DNA of 57,569 nucleotides, counting the filler, from Catajapyx aquilonaris (taxonomy: Eukaryota): assembly GCA_000934665.2 (NCBI GenBank). It is 2 parts of 2 records of this genome, joined end to end, with 100 filler letters (N's around TTAATTAATTAA, not from the genome) between each part and the next. Parts side by side here need not be neighbours in the genome. Positions count along the whole stretch, not along the records: positions 1 to 28,784 come from JYFJ02004884.1; positions 28,885 to 57,569 come from KZ539242.1. One strand, written 5' to 3'. Positions within the stretch are counted from its first letter, which is position 1. Each line of letters begins with the position of its first letter. The position numbers were made by a program, and so were the translations under genes. The notes under the pieces are model-generated. The model had not been told where the DNA came from, did not search any database, and was given only the letters and a program-made list of their open reading frames with translations. Of the stretch, positions 24,909 to 36,617 are shown one piece after another.

Positions 24909-27001
24909 CTGAAAAATAACCATGCGATCAAATGTCAGGAGCAACTAATTATTGTCAATCACTTATTATTTAAATGATTAAATCTAAAACTTGTAGGCCT
25001 ACATTTTCCCAAGCACACCTTGCTTTCCTCTCTCACTCAAGAAGAACATAATATTATGAAAATTATCTTATTGTTGAGAGTGTAGAAAATTATAACTGCA
25101 ACTAGCCATTTAAAATAATCTTGCTTGCAATACGGTCTCATGCTGTGAACCGTAACGAGCATACTATTTTCAACACTGCTAATGTTATGGGCCTACAGTC
25201 ACTATGCAAATGCTTTATTCTAGACTATAAATAGAAAGTAAAATATAAAAATGCATGCTTAAGAGTATTAACAAAAAAGTATTTACTCAATTTTCATGGT
25301 AACCAAGTACTTGTACAGTTATTGTCTATCATAATATATAACAAAAAATTAGTAGCAAGATAATTTCCTGCTTGATGTGTTGTTACGCTTATGACCACCA
25401 ATTATTTCTTCGTAACCCTCAAGCTTCATATACCATAAAGAAGGTTCTTGCACTGACTGCTACGAGAAAATTCGTGTTAATATATTTTTGGTATATAACA
25501 TAACCCCTCAATGGATAGCAATATCATTTTTGAGCACCCGAAACCATCCGCACCAGTAAAATTCCATAATTATGCTGTACTGTACCCGTATACCTTTCAC
25601 AATATCATACGAATGACAAACGGTTCTGATAAAATGTTTCTCAATGTTGCGATATAGGCTGAGAAAACATGGCGCATGCTTGAAATTACTCTCCCTAAAA
25701 CTAACCTAGTGAAACTTGGCTATAAAGGCTCCCATAAAGGTGCGGATGTATTTGGTAGCAAGCACTAATACAGGATGTAAGAAGAGATAATAAATAGAGC
25801 TTGGCTAGGCGCATGCTGATCAATTTTTTCAACAATGACAACTAAAATCTTCCAAATTGAGCCCTCTCCTGTAGGGCTTGAAAGTAAAGTTGGCTTGCCA
25901 GTACAGCACACAAGAGCTGACTTTAAAATAACAATGCTAATATTAAATAATAAAATATGCATTGTATTGCAATGCAGCTTATGCCATTACTATGAAGTTC
26001 ACGACTGTCACTCCATTCAGAACTTGACTCTACTTATTCTTCCATAATATTATTGTGGCATTATGTATAATTAGACTGTCAAAATTTAAGAACTGGAGCA
26101 GCTGATGAAGTACCTATACCGTAGTGGCGTCTTTAGTCTGCAAGGAGCCATGCTTAACAGGCCAAAATATGATTGTTCAACAAGTGGCGTGAAATGAAAG
26201 ATCTAGCAAGGCTACAACTTACTGCATTTCACTTACTATCCAGAGTAAATACATTGTGCAAAATTCTAGTTAGGTAAAGGGAAATCATGCAAAAAATGCA
26301 TTATTAGTGAAAGAATTCCTAGTGAGAATGATGCATCTTCAGGAAGAGCAGATTTCAATAAGGCATACAAGGATTAGATCCATATTTGATAAAGCCCAAC
26401 CTTGTTCCCAAATGTCTCGCATCTGTTTGAAACAGAATGTCACAATAACTTTTGGCACGCTGACGTATCAGAGGTATGTAGTAAACCAGAAAACAGTCGC
26501 CTTTAAATGTGCCATTTACATGTTTAAATAAATGTCCCAATAAGAATCTACTGATACAAAAATCTAACAAGTAGTTTCGATGTTAAGACAAAGCAATAGA
26601 ACTACTTGTTGCCAATCAGGGACAAAAAATACGTTAGTACCCAAACCAACTTTTACGCTTATTTTAAAATAAGCATGAAATGGGTTGGATGAATATTCAT
26701 CTTGGATTCGACGTAAACTTAAAGTTGGTGAAAATGCGTTGTTAATGTGTTGACAAAATGTGCTCGCACTGAAAATACTGTACAGTACTTTAAGGCTAAA
26801 TTCTATGATAACACTCTGATAACCCGCCATCAGGAAAAGGCGTCAGGAGAGGCGTTCCAGGAACAAGGCACACCATTGCAGCATCTGACTGGCACATAAA
26901 AAGTGACGGCACTTTTTATTGGTAGCCCTATCTAGTTTTAAGACATTCAGCAGCAAATTTTGAATTTTGAAATAATTTCTCACCCTAAATGGCCCAATGT
27001 A

Positions 27002-27822
27002 CAGTGCCGTGCACAATAGCATATAACAAGTGTAAACAACGACTTTGGCGTTACCTGGCAACTGGGCGTGTTCGGACATCGGCATGTGGAGAGTGTTTAG
27101 TGTTCTTTCTGTCGTTGCCACTGTTTACAGGTAGCGATTGATGCTGGGCGACCTATAGCGAAGGGTGTGTGCATGCTTACCAATGCATGGCATCGGGCTG
27201 AGGGGATATTATTTTGACAAGGCGCTTCGTTATTATCACACTATCGTCACTTACCCAACCAACCCACCCTCTTTCACACACTCTCACCCACCTACTACTC
27301 CCTTTTCACCCGTTACACTGGACTTGATTGGGAGTGGATGACATTCAATGTGGACCTTACATTAAATTGGCAGACAAGAGCATACCAGACTCCTTCCCGA
27401 TCATTCAGTAACTCCATGCATCCTGACTCATACTGGAAAGTGACGATAATGTGATAATATAATAACGAAGCGCCTTCTCAAAATAATATCCCCCTCAGTG
27501 GGGAGGTGAAGTGGCACAGCGGTAACGCTATTAATATTATTATTAATAATATTAATATTAAGGTCCCGGGTTCGATCCCCACCCGGGGTTCCCACCTTCA
27601 TCCGTGCAGAGTTGGGCCATCTCTGGTTTCATTTCGGGTATCAATTTCCGATAGACTAAGCCACCCGGGGGAGTTCACAAAATGACCGTTAGAGACATTG
27701 CACTTGCACTTTGCACATCCCCTCCTACCTACCCTGGAGTAATTAAATAAGATCTTATATGGCTCCAATTTCCGATGGTGGTAATCCACCCCCCCTAAAG
27801 GATATGGTTAATCCCAATGGGG

Positions 27823-27904
<82 letters not shown>

Positions 27905-28118
27905 TCCCCTCAGCCCGCTCATTCCGATGCCATGCATTGGTTAGCATGCACACACCCTTCGCTATAGGTCGCCCAGCATCAATCGCTACCTGTAAACTGT
28001 GGCAACGACAGAAAGAACCCTAAGCACTCTCCACATGACGATGTCCGAACACGCCCAGTTGCCAGGTAACGCCAAAGTCGTTGTTTACACTTGTTATATG
28101 CTATTGTGCACGGAACTG
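27002..28118. mobile_element. Tc1-type MITE with about 250-bp TIRs and TA TSD, SINE inserted in right arm
   Basis: TA|CAGTGCCGTGCACAATAGCATATAAC..GTTATATGCTATTGTGCACGGAACTG|TA; second copy at 46007-46842. Confidence 0.88.
27499..27897 (+). mobile_element. tRNA-derived SINE family C with (AAT)n tail
   Basis: A box TGGCACAGCGG, B box GGTTCGATCCC, AAT tail from 27826; TSD AATAATATCCCC(C)TCAG (27482-27498, 27898-27913); absent from the 46007 MITE copy. Confidence 0.85.
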
Positions 28119-28784
28119 TACAATACTTCTACCGAATGTGCTATCACTTTTATTTTACATGACTGCACTGCTTACTTCCAATTTTTCCCATTATGTAAAT
28201 GAAACCTACAGAAAAAATACGCTAGTAGTGGACAAGATTTACGAGCAATAATATTATCACATTACAGCAGATTTGTACATTTTAGGTAGGAAACATAAGG
28301 TATTACAATACTCCTCTTTCCCATTAACTTTTGATCAGGGTCATAATGCTGCATTGAGACACTGCGCTCTTATGGCATATGCAATAATAACAATAAAGTT
28401 ATTTTTATGGCATTCATTGAGCCTACTTTGCAGCACTGCATACCCGAATACCCCATAACTGGGCAAAACGAGTGGGGACCTAAACATGTCCTCAAATACA
28501 AGTTTCATTCACGTGAAAGTGAGGTAGTCAACAGCATGTGGACATTTTACAGATATGTCCAGTAAGTAATATGGTGAAAATCTGGAAAATTATCTTATAT
28601 GATGAGCCAAATTTGGATGACGTAGGCCTACAGTTCGAGCGGCAGGAAAGCCCGATGTTATTCCGAAAGGATACCCCGCCCAGATTCGTTAAGGTGTATT
28701 TACGCCCTCACGATATGAGCGTCGATCGCGCAACCGACGTTTCCGTCGGTCACACAAATCGCACCGGGCGTTTACGCCGTACAG

Positions 28785-28884
28785 NNNNNNNNNNNNNNNN
28801 NNNNNNNNNNNNNNNNNNNNNNNNNNNNTTAATTAATTAANNNNNNNNNNNNNNNNNNNNNNNNNNNNNNNNNNNNNNNNNNNN
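28785..28884. other. Artificial assembly linker (gap)
   Basis: 44 N + TTAATTAATTAA + 44 N = exactly 100 nt; the 12-mer gives stops in all six frames. Confidence 0.95.
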
Positions 28885-29379
28885 AGATTCCGACCTTGGC
28901 CAACATTCGATTTGGTTTGTTTACGGCACGTTCCATTCCCCCCTCCTCTCCCCCTCCCCTGTTGTGAGGTCACCGTGAAGATGTGGCTGGTGGAGGAAGG
29001 TGGAAGGTGCAGAGGGGTTTTCACGGGAGAGGAGAATGATGCGTCCTCGTTGACGTCCAGCAAGCGACTGAGGCGTTCTCCCATCCATTGCGCATGCTCG
29101 GAAGGGGGGCCAATTGAAGGCGTCATGGTAACAATGCGTCCAGGGAACAATGAACGCGGGCCAATGGGGAGGTGGGGGCAACAATGCGCGGCGGCGGACC
29201 AATCAGAGGGCTCGGTCATAGACCGCAAGAATGTTAATATTATAGATGTTAGGCCTACATCGTGGCCTACATAATATCTTGCAAGTATAATGGTTATGGT
29301 ATGTCCTAGAAGTAACAGTTATTACAAGAACCGTTCCCTGCAGAATAACTGTAAGTTAACAGTGGATATTCCATTTCAG

Positions 29380-29688
29380 ATGAAGTCATTGATCAGACGA
29401 ATGTAAGATATGGAGATAACTGCTGCTAGTTACTTCACCATCAATCGCGCCCTATTGACCTCGGTATGTTGGGCTGTTGTTGAACTTATATGTTTCTATT
29501 AATTTGTTCACAGCTCTCAAATAATACTATGACCTCACTCTCTGTAGGTGGCAGGGGCTGTGAGCACATACCTGATAGTACTGGCTCAGTTCAACGTGGC
29601 TGACAACACAAAGCAACTGACCATTGCATCATCGACCACTACTAGTGTAACAAACGCAGTTACTGTTGTAACTAATCGACATAGATAG
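29380..29688 (+). pseudogene. Gustatory receptor fragment (copy A), exons 3-4 only, in-frame stop
   Basis: Exon 3 29380-29463 MKSLIRRM*DMEITAASYFTINRALLTS; exon 4 29548-29688 VAGAVSTYLIVLAQF; no exons 1-2 upstream. Confidence 0.85.
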
Positions 29689-30076
29689 AAACGCAAGAAA
29701 AAATCGACTGGAAGAATCACTTCAGTATACGTCACAATCTTTATATTATGTCAGGAAATTATCACAAGAAAGCAATCGTATTATGCAACAAGGTTCTTAC
29801 GCTGTGAAATAGTTCTGTAGTATTCATTAATATTTGTTTTGGCTGCACGACCTATTCATTGGGCTCTCTATGACGTGAATGACATTAATGATGTGGAAGG
29901 AATTACATGTGGTCACCTGACACGCCAATCGCCTGATGTATTCAGTCAACATGAAGAACCAATAAGACGCCATCTGGCCCATACAACAGTGGAAAAGCAC
30001 AAAGCACGTGCGGACCTTGACGCGGACGTTATTCTGGACGTGGGCAACTAGATTTACCAATCTTAAGTTTATTAAA

Positions 30077-31636
30077 ATGACAAATACAGTAATTTCGGTG
30101 GAGGAAGAGAGACAACCGAAAGATCAAAGGTCATTCTGGGAAGTGTTGAGACCAGTGGCCATCTTGTCAGTGGTCGGAGGAATCGCTCCTTTTCCTTGGC
30201 CCAGGAATGAAAAAGACTTGAGGGGAAAGTGGTACAGACGGTGGCCAACAATGGTGCATTTTATTATTCTCGGCTTTTACATCATCATGTTCGTCCGTGA
30301 TCCGCCAGACTATTGGACAGATAGCAATCAATATGAAAATCAAACACAAAAAATAGCTAGCCATATTATAGATTCCGCAATATTTTTTGGCGCGTGGATA
30401 AACTTCATTCTGGTCCAAACGAAGGTCACCAGGATTTGGAAACTGGTCATCCGCTTCTCAAATCAAGAAGTCACAAGTGACAAGAGAAAGTTGCATATAT
30501 ATTCCGTGCTGCTGGTTGTTGCTTGCGTGCTTATTCCATTAATAATATTCGCTTATGTGATAGCCTCTGACGTAATTGAGGGGGTCTTATTTGAGACATT
30601 TTTCTTGTTGGCAGTATTCGTGCTGTATCATTGTGTTTTTTTATTGCTCGTGTTGCTTACACAATTAATATTCTTACTACTTGTCCACCTGTCGCGTCTG
30701 CAATATTTCAATAGCCAAATTATCGAAATCTGCAATTACATCCAAGCAAATGCAACTGATGACCAGCTCGATGAGAGAATTATGAAGTCCACAAGTGATT
30801 GTGTCCATCTTTTCCATGAGTTGAATACTTTGGTAAACATCATCAACAGTATTTATGGCATACTGATTTTGAACATTTACTTGACATTTGTTATTTGGTT
30901 AACCACATCCTGCTTCTTTTTCTTTTTGAGTGCATCAATTATACCCACTATTGTGTCAGTGTTTTGGTTCCTCAGTATTTGCACGCAGGTATCATCCGGA
31001 GCTGCATTAGCCATCATTTTGGGAGCCATACCAACACAGGTATGATAAAAAGTACACTGTTATATCACTCTACATGCACACTTTGCATGTAGAGGGATAT
31101 AATACTGTTCCGTTTACAGATAATAACGATTACGCTATACGTTACTAAATTTATTAGCATTTTTTGTCACAATTTTTTAGAGCACAAAGTCCTTGCCTGT
31201 TCTCATCCATGCATATCCTGAAGTTGTCAACCCACGCATTAAAGCAAAAGTAAGTGCCATTGAACAACGGTTCAACGGCGTATTGTACTGGACATGCTAA
31301 AGACAACCGTTATTACAAGACGACGTACACAGTTGATATTCCATTTCAGTTGAAGTCATTGATTAGAAGAATGTCCGGGCTTCCCATGGAAATAACTGCT
31401 GCCAGTTTCTTCAAGGTCAATCGTGCCCTACTGACCTCGGTATGTTGGGCTGTAGTTCAGTTTGTTTCCATTCATATGTTCACAGCTCCGACAAAAAAAT
31501 GACCTCACTCTATGCATTCCAGGTGGCAGGAGCTGTGACCACATACCTTATAGTACTGGCTCAGTTCAACGTGGCTGACAACACAAAGCACGTAGCCACA
31601 GCAACATCGGTGACTACAAGTATAACTACGCAGTAA
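30077..31636 (+). CDS. Gustatory receptor (7tm_7 family), copy B, intact, about 411 aa
   Basis: Exons 30077-31039, 31181-31249, 31350-31439, 31523-31636; GT-AG phase-0 introns; multiple hydrophobic segments; GR signature ITAASFFKVNRALLTSVAGAVTTYLIVLAQF. Confidence 0.93.
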
Positions 31637-32575
31637 CTGATATTCCTCCCGTATGAATCAACAGATAAAAAACGCAAGAAAAATAGCATAGCAGTAATAA
31701 CTGGATATCATCATGCTTCAGTTTTTTTTTAAAATTTGACGTTGGTTCTTTTTTTTTTGGCGAGAGGCTTTGTGAGTGGGAAGCTCATGAAACGTGTGAT
31801 AATTACTGTAATGAATGATTATTCAGAATAAAATCTAATTAGGCCTACTCTATTAAGTTATACTAACCCGTCATGGCGTATGGTATTACATACCCTTCCC
31901 TAATGATATTGACACAACAACAGTAAATATGGTATACGGAGGGTGTTCATTACTGGCACATGGGTGGTGTCCATAACTAGAACAGCCATCATTTTGGGTG
32001 CCCATAAATGGAGCACTTTCACACTTGCATGTAGAACATTTTAAAGCAAAATTAGCCTGTTTAATGTGGCAAGAGCATTCATTGATTGAAAGAGCAGGTC
32101 TCGACGATTCGAACGATATTTTTTCGAGGAATTCTAAAACCAATTCCCCGGGAAAGAATGTCTGACGTGCCCACCACTGGGGCACCTACCTTATAATTTG
32201 CGTAAAAAATCAATATGATACATTAAAAATCATTACGAGATCCACGAGATAATGTTCATGTAATGACTTACATAACGATGGGTCAACCCCATACTGTTTG
32301 TACTTTCTTTTCATGTAGTCCTACTCTTGCATTTATTACTTTTTGTTTTGTCTGCACGCACCTATTGGACTCGGCTGTCTCTATGATGTGATTAACATTA
32401 ATTATGTTTATGACACATGGATCAGAACTGGTCAGGGGTGTGGGGATGTGACACGTTAGTCAATATGAAGAAACAACTAGAGGACACCTGGCCGATATAA
32501 CAGTGGAGAAGGACAAAGTTCGCGGACGTTATTCTGGAAGTTGGCAATTGGATTTGTTAATCTCAGTTTATTAAC

Positions 32576-34117
32576 ATGAGGAATACAGTGATTTCGGTGG
32601 AGGAAGCGGGACAGCCGAAAGGTCAAAGATCGTTTTGGGAAGTGTTGAGACCAGTGGCCATCTTGTCGGTGGTTGGAGGAATCGCTCCTTTTCCGTGGCC
32701 CAAGAATGAAGAAGACTTAAGGCATCAGAACAAGTGGTGCAGACGATGGCCAACAATGGTTCATTTCCTTATTCTCGGCTTTTACATCATTATGTTCTGT
32801 TGTTATCCACCGGATTCTTGGACAGACAGCAATCAACATGAAAATCAAATACAAAAAATAGCTAGCCATATTATAGACACAGTAATATTTGGTGGGGCGT
32901 GGATAAGCTTCATTGTGGTTCAACCAAAAGTAACCCAGATTTGGAAACTGATAATCCGCTTCTCAAATCAAGAAATCACAAGTGAAAAGAGGAAGCTGCG
33001 ATTATATTCCGTGTTACTGGTTGTCGCTTGCTCCCTCCTTCCATTAATAATATACTCTAATGTGATAATATCACACGCACTTAAAGGAACCATATTTGAC
33101 ACATTCCCCTTGTTGTCAGTATTCGTCCTGTATCATTGTGTTTTCTTATTGCTCGTGATTTCTGCACAATTAATATTCTTAGTACTTGTCCACCTGTCAC
33201 GCCTGGAATATTTCAATGATCAAATTATCGAAATCTGCAATTATTATCTCCTTACAAATGCAATGGATGACAAAGAGAACGAGCGAATTATGATGTCTAC
33301 ACGTTCCTGTGTTAATCTGTTCCACGAGTTGAGTGTTTTGTTAAGCATCATCAACAGTATTTATGGCATACTGCTTTTGAACATTTTCCTGACATCTATC
33401 GTTTGGACGACCACATCCTGCTTCTTTTACATTTTGAAGGCATCAAGTTCGCCCATTGTGTCAGTGTTTTGGTTCCTGGGTATTTGCACGCAGGTATCAT
33501 CCGGAGGTGCATTTACAATCATTTTGGGAGCCATACCAAGGCAGGTAAGGTAAACAGTACACTGACTTGTCACTCTTCTGGACTCCAGAGATTACTTTGA
33601 AAATGACCATAATTTCAGATCTGATAGATCTGATTGACCACAACTATATTTGTGTCACATAATATTTTATTACGAATTTTAGAGCACGAAGACCTTATCC
33701 GATCTCATCCATGCATACCGTCAAGTAGATAACCCACGCATCAAATCTGACGTAAGTACATAGAACGTATTACATAATATCTTGAATGATTGTATAATGA
33801 CCTGCAGAGTAACTGTAGGTTAACAGAGGATATTCCATTACAGATGAAGTCATTGATTAGAAGAATGTCAGGGCCTCCCTTGGAGATCACTGCTGCTAGT
33901 TACTTCACCATCAATCGCGCCCTATTGACCTCGGTATGTAGGGCTGTTGTCGAATTTGTTTCCATGCATCTCTTCACAGCTCTGACATATGACCTCATTC
34001 TACCCACTGCAGGTGGTAGGGGCAGTGACCACATACCTGATAGTACTGGCTCAGTTCAACGCGTCTGACGACACAAAGCACGTAACCACTGCCATATCGA
34101 CCAATAACGTAGGATAA
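32576..34117 (+). CDS. Gustatory receptor, copy C, intact, about 410 aa
   Basis: Exons 32576-33544, 33683-33751, 33844-33933, 34013-34117; TTYLIVLAQF motif. Confidence 0.93.
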
Positions 34118-34537
34118 CAAACTCAGTAACTTGTCTGTCTCCATATCGACATAGAAACGCAAGAAAACCTCTGAATCTACAGGAAGCACTTCAGCCTTCG
34201 CCACAAGCTTTACATTGTGTCAGAAAATTCGCATAAGAAGGCAATCGTATTATGCAACAAGCTCCTTAGAGTGCACTAGTTTTGTCATATATATGACCTT
34301 TTGTTTTGGCTACACGAACTCATTGGGCGCGGCTATCATCCGATGTGATTGACATTCATCGTCTATGGCACAAGGCTTGTCAGGGGTGTGGTGACCTGAC
34401 ACGTCAAGCATTTGATGTAACTTATATGAAGAAACAACAAGACGACACCTGGCTGATATAACAGCGGAGAAAGACGAAGTACGCGGACGTTCTTCTGGAA
34501 GTTGGCCATTTTATTTGCCAAAAATAAGTTTATGACA

Positions 34538-36186
34538 ATGACGAATGCAGTGATTTCGGTGGAAGAAGCGAGACAAATGAAAGGTCAAAGTTCATTTTGG
34601 GAAGTGTTCAGACCAGTGGCCATTTTGTCAGTGGTTGGAGGAATCGCTCCTTTTCCATGGCCCAAGAAGGAGGAGGATCTTAAAGGGAAGTGGTACAGAC
34701 GATGGCCAACAATGGTTCATATTCTCATTCTCAGCTTTTACATCTTTATGTTCAGTTGTTATCCACCGAAGTACTGGACAGATAACAATTATTTCATAAA
34801 TAGAACACAAAGAATAGCTGCCTACAGCATAGATGTAGCAATATTTGGTAGCGCGTGGATAAACTTCATCCTGGTTCAAGCGAAGGTCAACCGTATTTGG
34901 AAACTGGTCATCCGCTTCTCAAATCAAGAAGTGGCATGTGACAAGAAAAAGCTTCGTATATATTCTGTGCTGCTGATTGTCGCTTGCGTGCTTATCCCAT
35001 TAATAATATTTTCTTATCAGTTAATTGCATACGCACGTAGAGGACAGTTACTGGAGACGTTCCCTTTGCTGTCACTATTCGTGGATTATCATTCCCTTTT
35101 CTTATCGCTCGTAATTTCTACACAATTAATATTCTTAGTACTTGTCCCTCTGTCACGTCTGCAATATTTCAACAGCCAAATTATCAATATTTGCAATCAC
35201 GTTACAAACGCAACGGATGACAAAGATAATGAGCGATTTAAGGTGTCCACAATAATTGATTGTGTCAATCTTTTTCATGAGTTGAATGTTTTGGTAGATA
35301 TCATCAACAGTATTTATGGCATATTGATTCTGAATATTTTCCTGGCAACTATTATTTGGTTGACCACATCTTTCTTCTTTTTCTTTTTGAAGTCATCAAT
35401 TTCGCCCATTTTGTTAGTGTTTTGGCTGGTCGGTATTTGCACCCAAATATCATCCGGAGCTGCATTAGCTATCATTTTGGGAGCCATACCTAGACAGGTA
35501 AGATACAGTGTCCAATCACTCTGCATGTGCACTTTACATGAGATTAACTGCACCAATAGAATCAAAAAAGTGACCGGTTGTTTAAGCAAGCAACATATGC
35601 AAATACAAGCAACAATACTGAGAAGCTAAGGTAGCATAACTATATTATGTGATTTTATTGCGAATTTTAGAGCACGAAGTCCTTGCCCTACCTCATCCAT
35701 GCATATCGTCGAGTCGATAACCAAAGCGTCAAACCAGACGTAAGTGCTGTACATAGAACATGCGAAGCGTACATAATTATCTTGCAAGTATAATGGCTAC
35801 GTACAGTATATCCGAGAAGCAACAGTTATTACAAGAATGGTTCCCTGCAGAGTAACTGATGGTTAACAGTGGATATTCCGTTTCAGATGAAGTCATTGAT
35901 CAGACGAATGTCAGGGCCTCCCATGGAGATAACTGCTGCTAGTTACTTCACCATCAATCGCGCCCTATTGACCTCGGTATGTTGGGCTGTTGTTGAAATT
36001 ATATGTTTCTATTAATTTGTTCACAGCTCTCAAATAATACTATGACCTCACTCTCTGTAGGTGGCAGGGGCTGTGACCACATACCTGATAGTACTGGCTC
36101 AGTTCAACGTGGCTGACAACACAAAGCAACTAGCCACTGCATCATCGACCACTACTAGTGTAACAAGCGCAGTTACTGAGATGTGA
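34538..36186 (+). CDS. Gustatory receptor, copy D, intact, about 414 aa
   Basis: Exons 34538-35497 (alternative ATG 34532), 35671-35739, 35887-35976, 36061-36186; TTYLIVLAQF motif. Confidence 0.92.
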
Positions 36187-36617
36187 CTCCGTATGAATCG
36201 ACATAGACAGAAACGCAGGAAAAGACATTGAATCTACTGGAAGAATCACTTCAGTCTACGCCACAATCATTATATTATGTCAGGAATTTATCATAAGAAG
36301 GCAATCGTATTATGTAACAAGGTTCTTACGTTGGGAAATAGTTCTGTGGTATTGATTACCTTTTGTTTTGCATGCACGAACTCATTGCGCTCTACGACGT
36401 GAGTGACATTAATGGCGTCGAAGGAATTTATTAAAACATGAGGGCTAGACCTTGGTCTAGTGGTCACCTTACCCGCCAATCGCTTGATGTAATATTCAGT
36501 CAATATGTAGAAACAATAATACGCTACCTGGCCCATATATAACAGTGGAAAAGCACAAAGCACGCGGACGTTATTCTGTAAGTTGGCAACTAGATTTACC
36601 AAATTAAGTTTATTAAA

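Noticed and set aside
26843..28202. Paired similar ORFs MATTERTL.. on opposite strands
   Set aside because: They are the two arms of the Tc1-type MITE, not genes
28885..29230. GC-rich segment with several CCAAT boxes and overlapping ORFs
   Set aside because: No recognisable protein, next to a gap, no GR homology; cannot distinguish promoter from repeat interior
30008..30076. N-terminal extensions of GR ORFs from GTG/TTG starts in the ORF track (also 34502, 49500)
   Set aside because: Eukaryotic gene; the conserved ATG (MTNT..) aligns across paralogs
30167..30418. Recurrent ~83-aa antisense ORFs (MDQNE..) in every GR exon 1
   Set aside because: Shadow of the duplicated GR coding sequence; no independent coding signal
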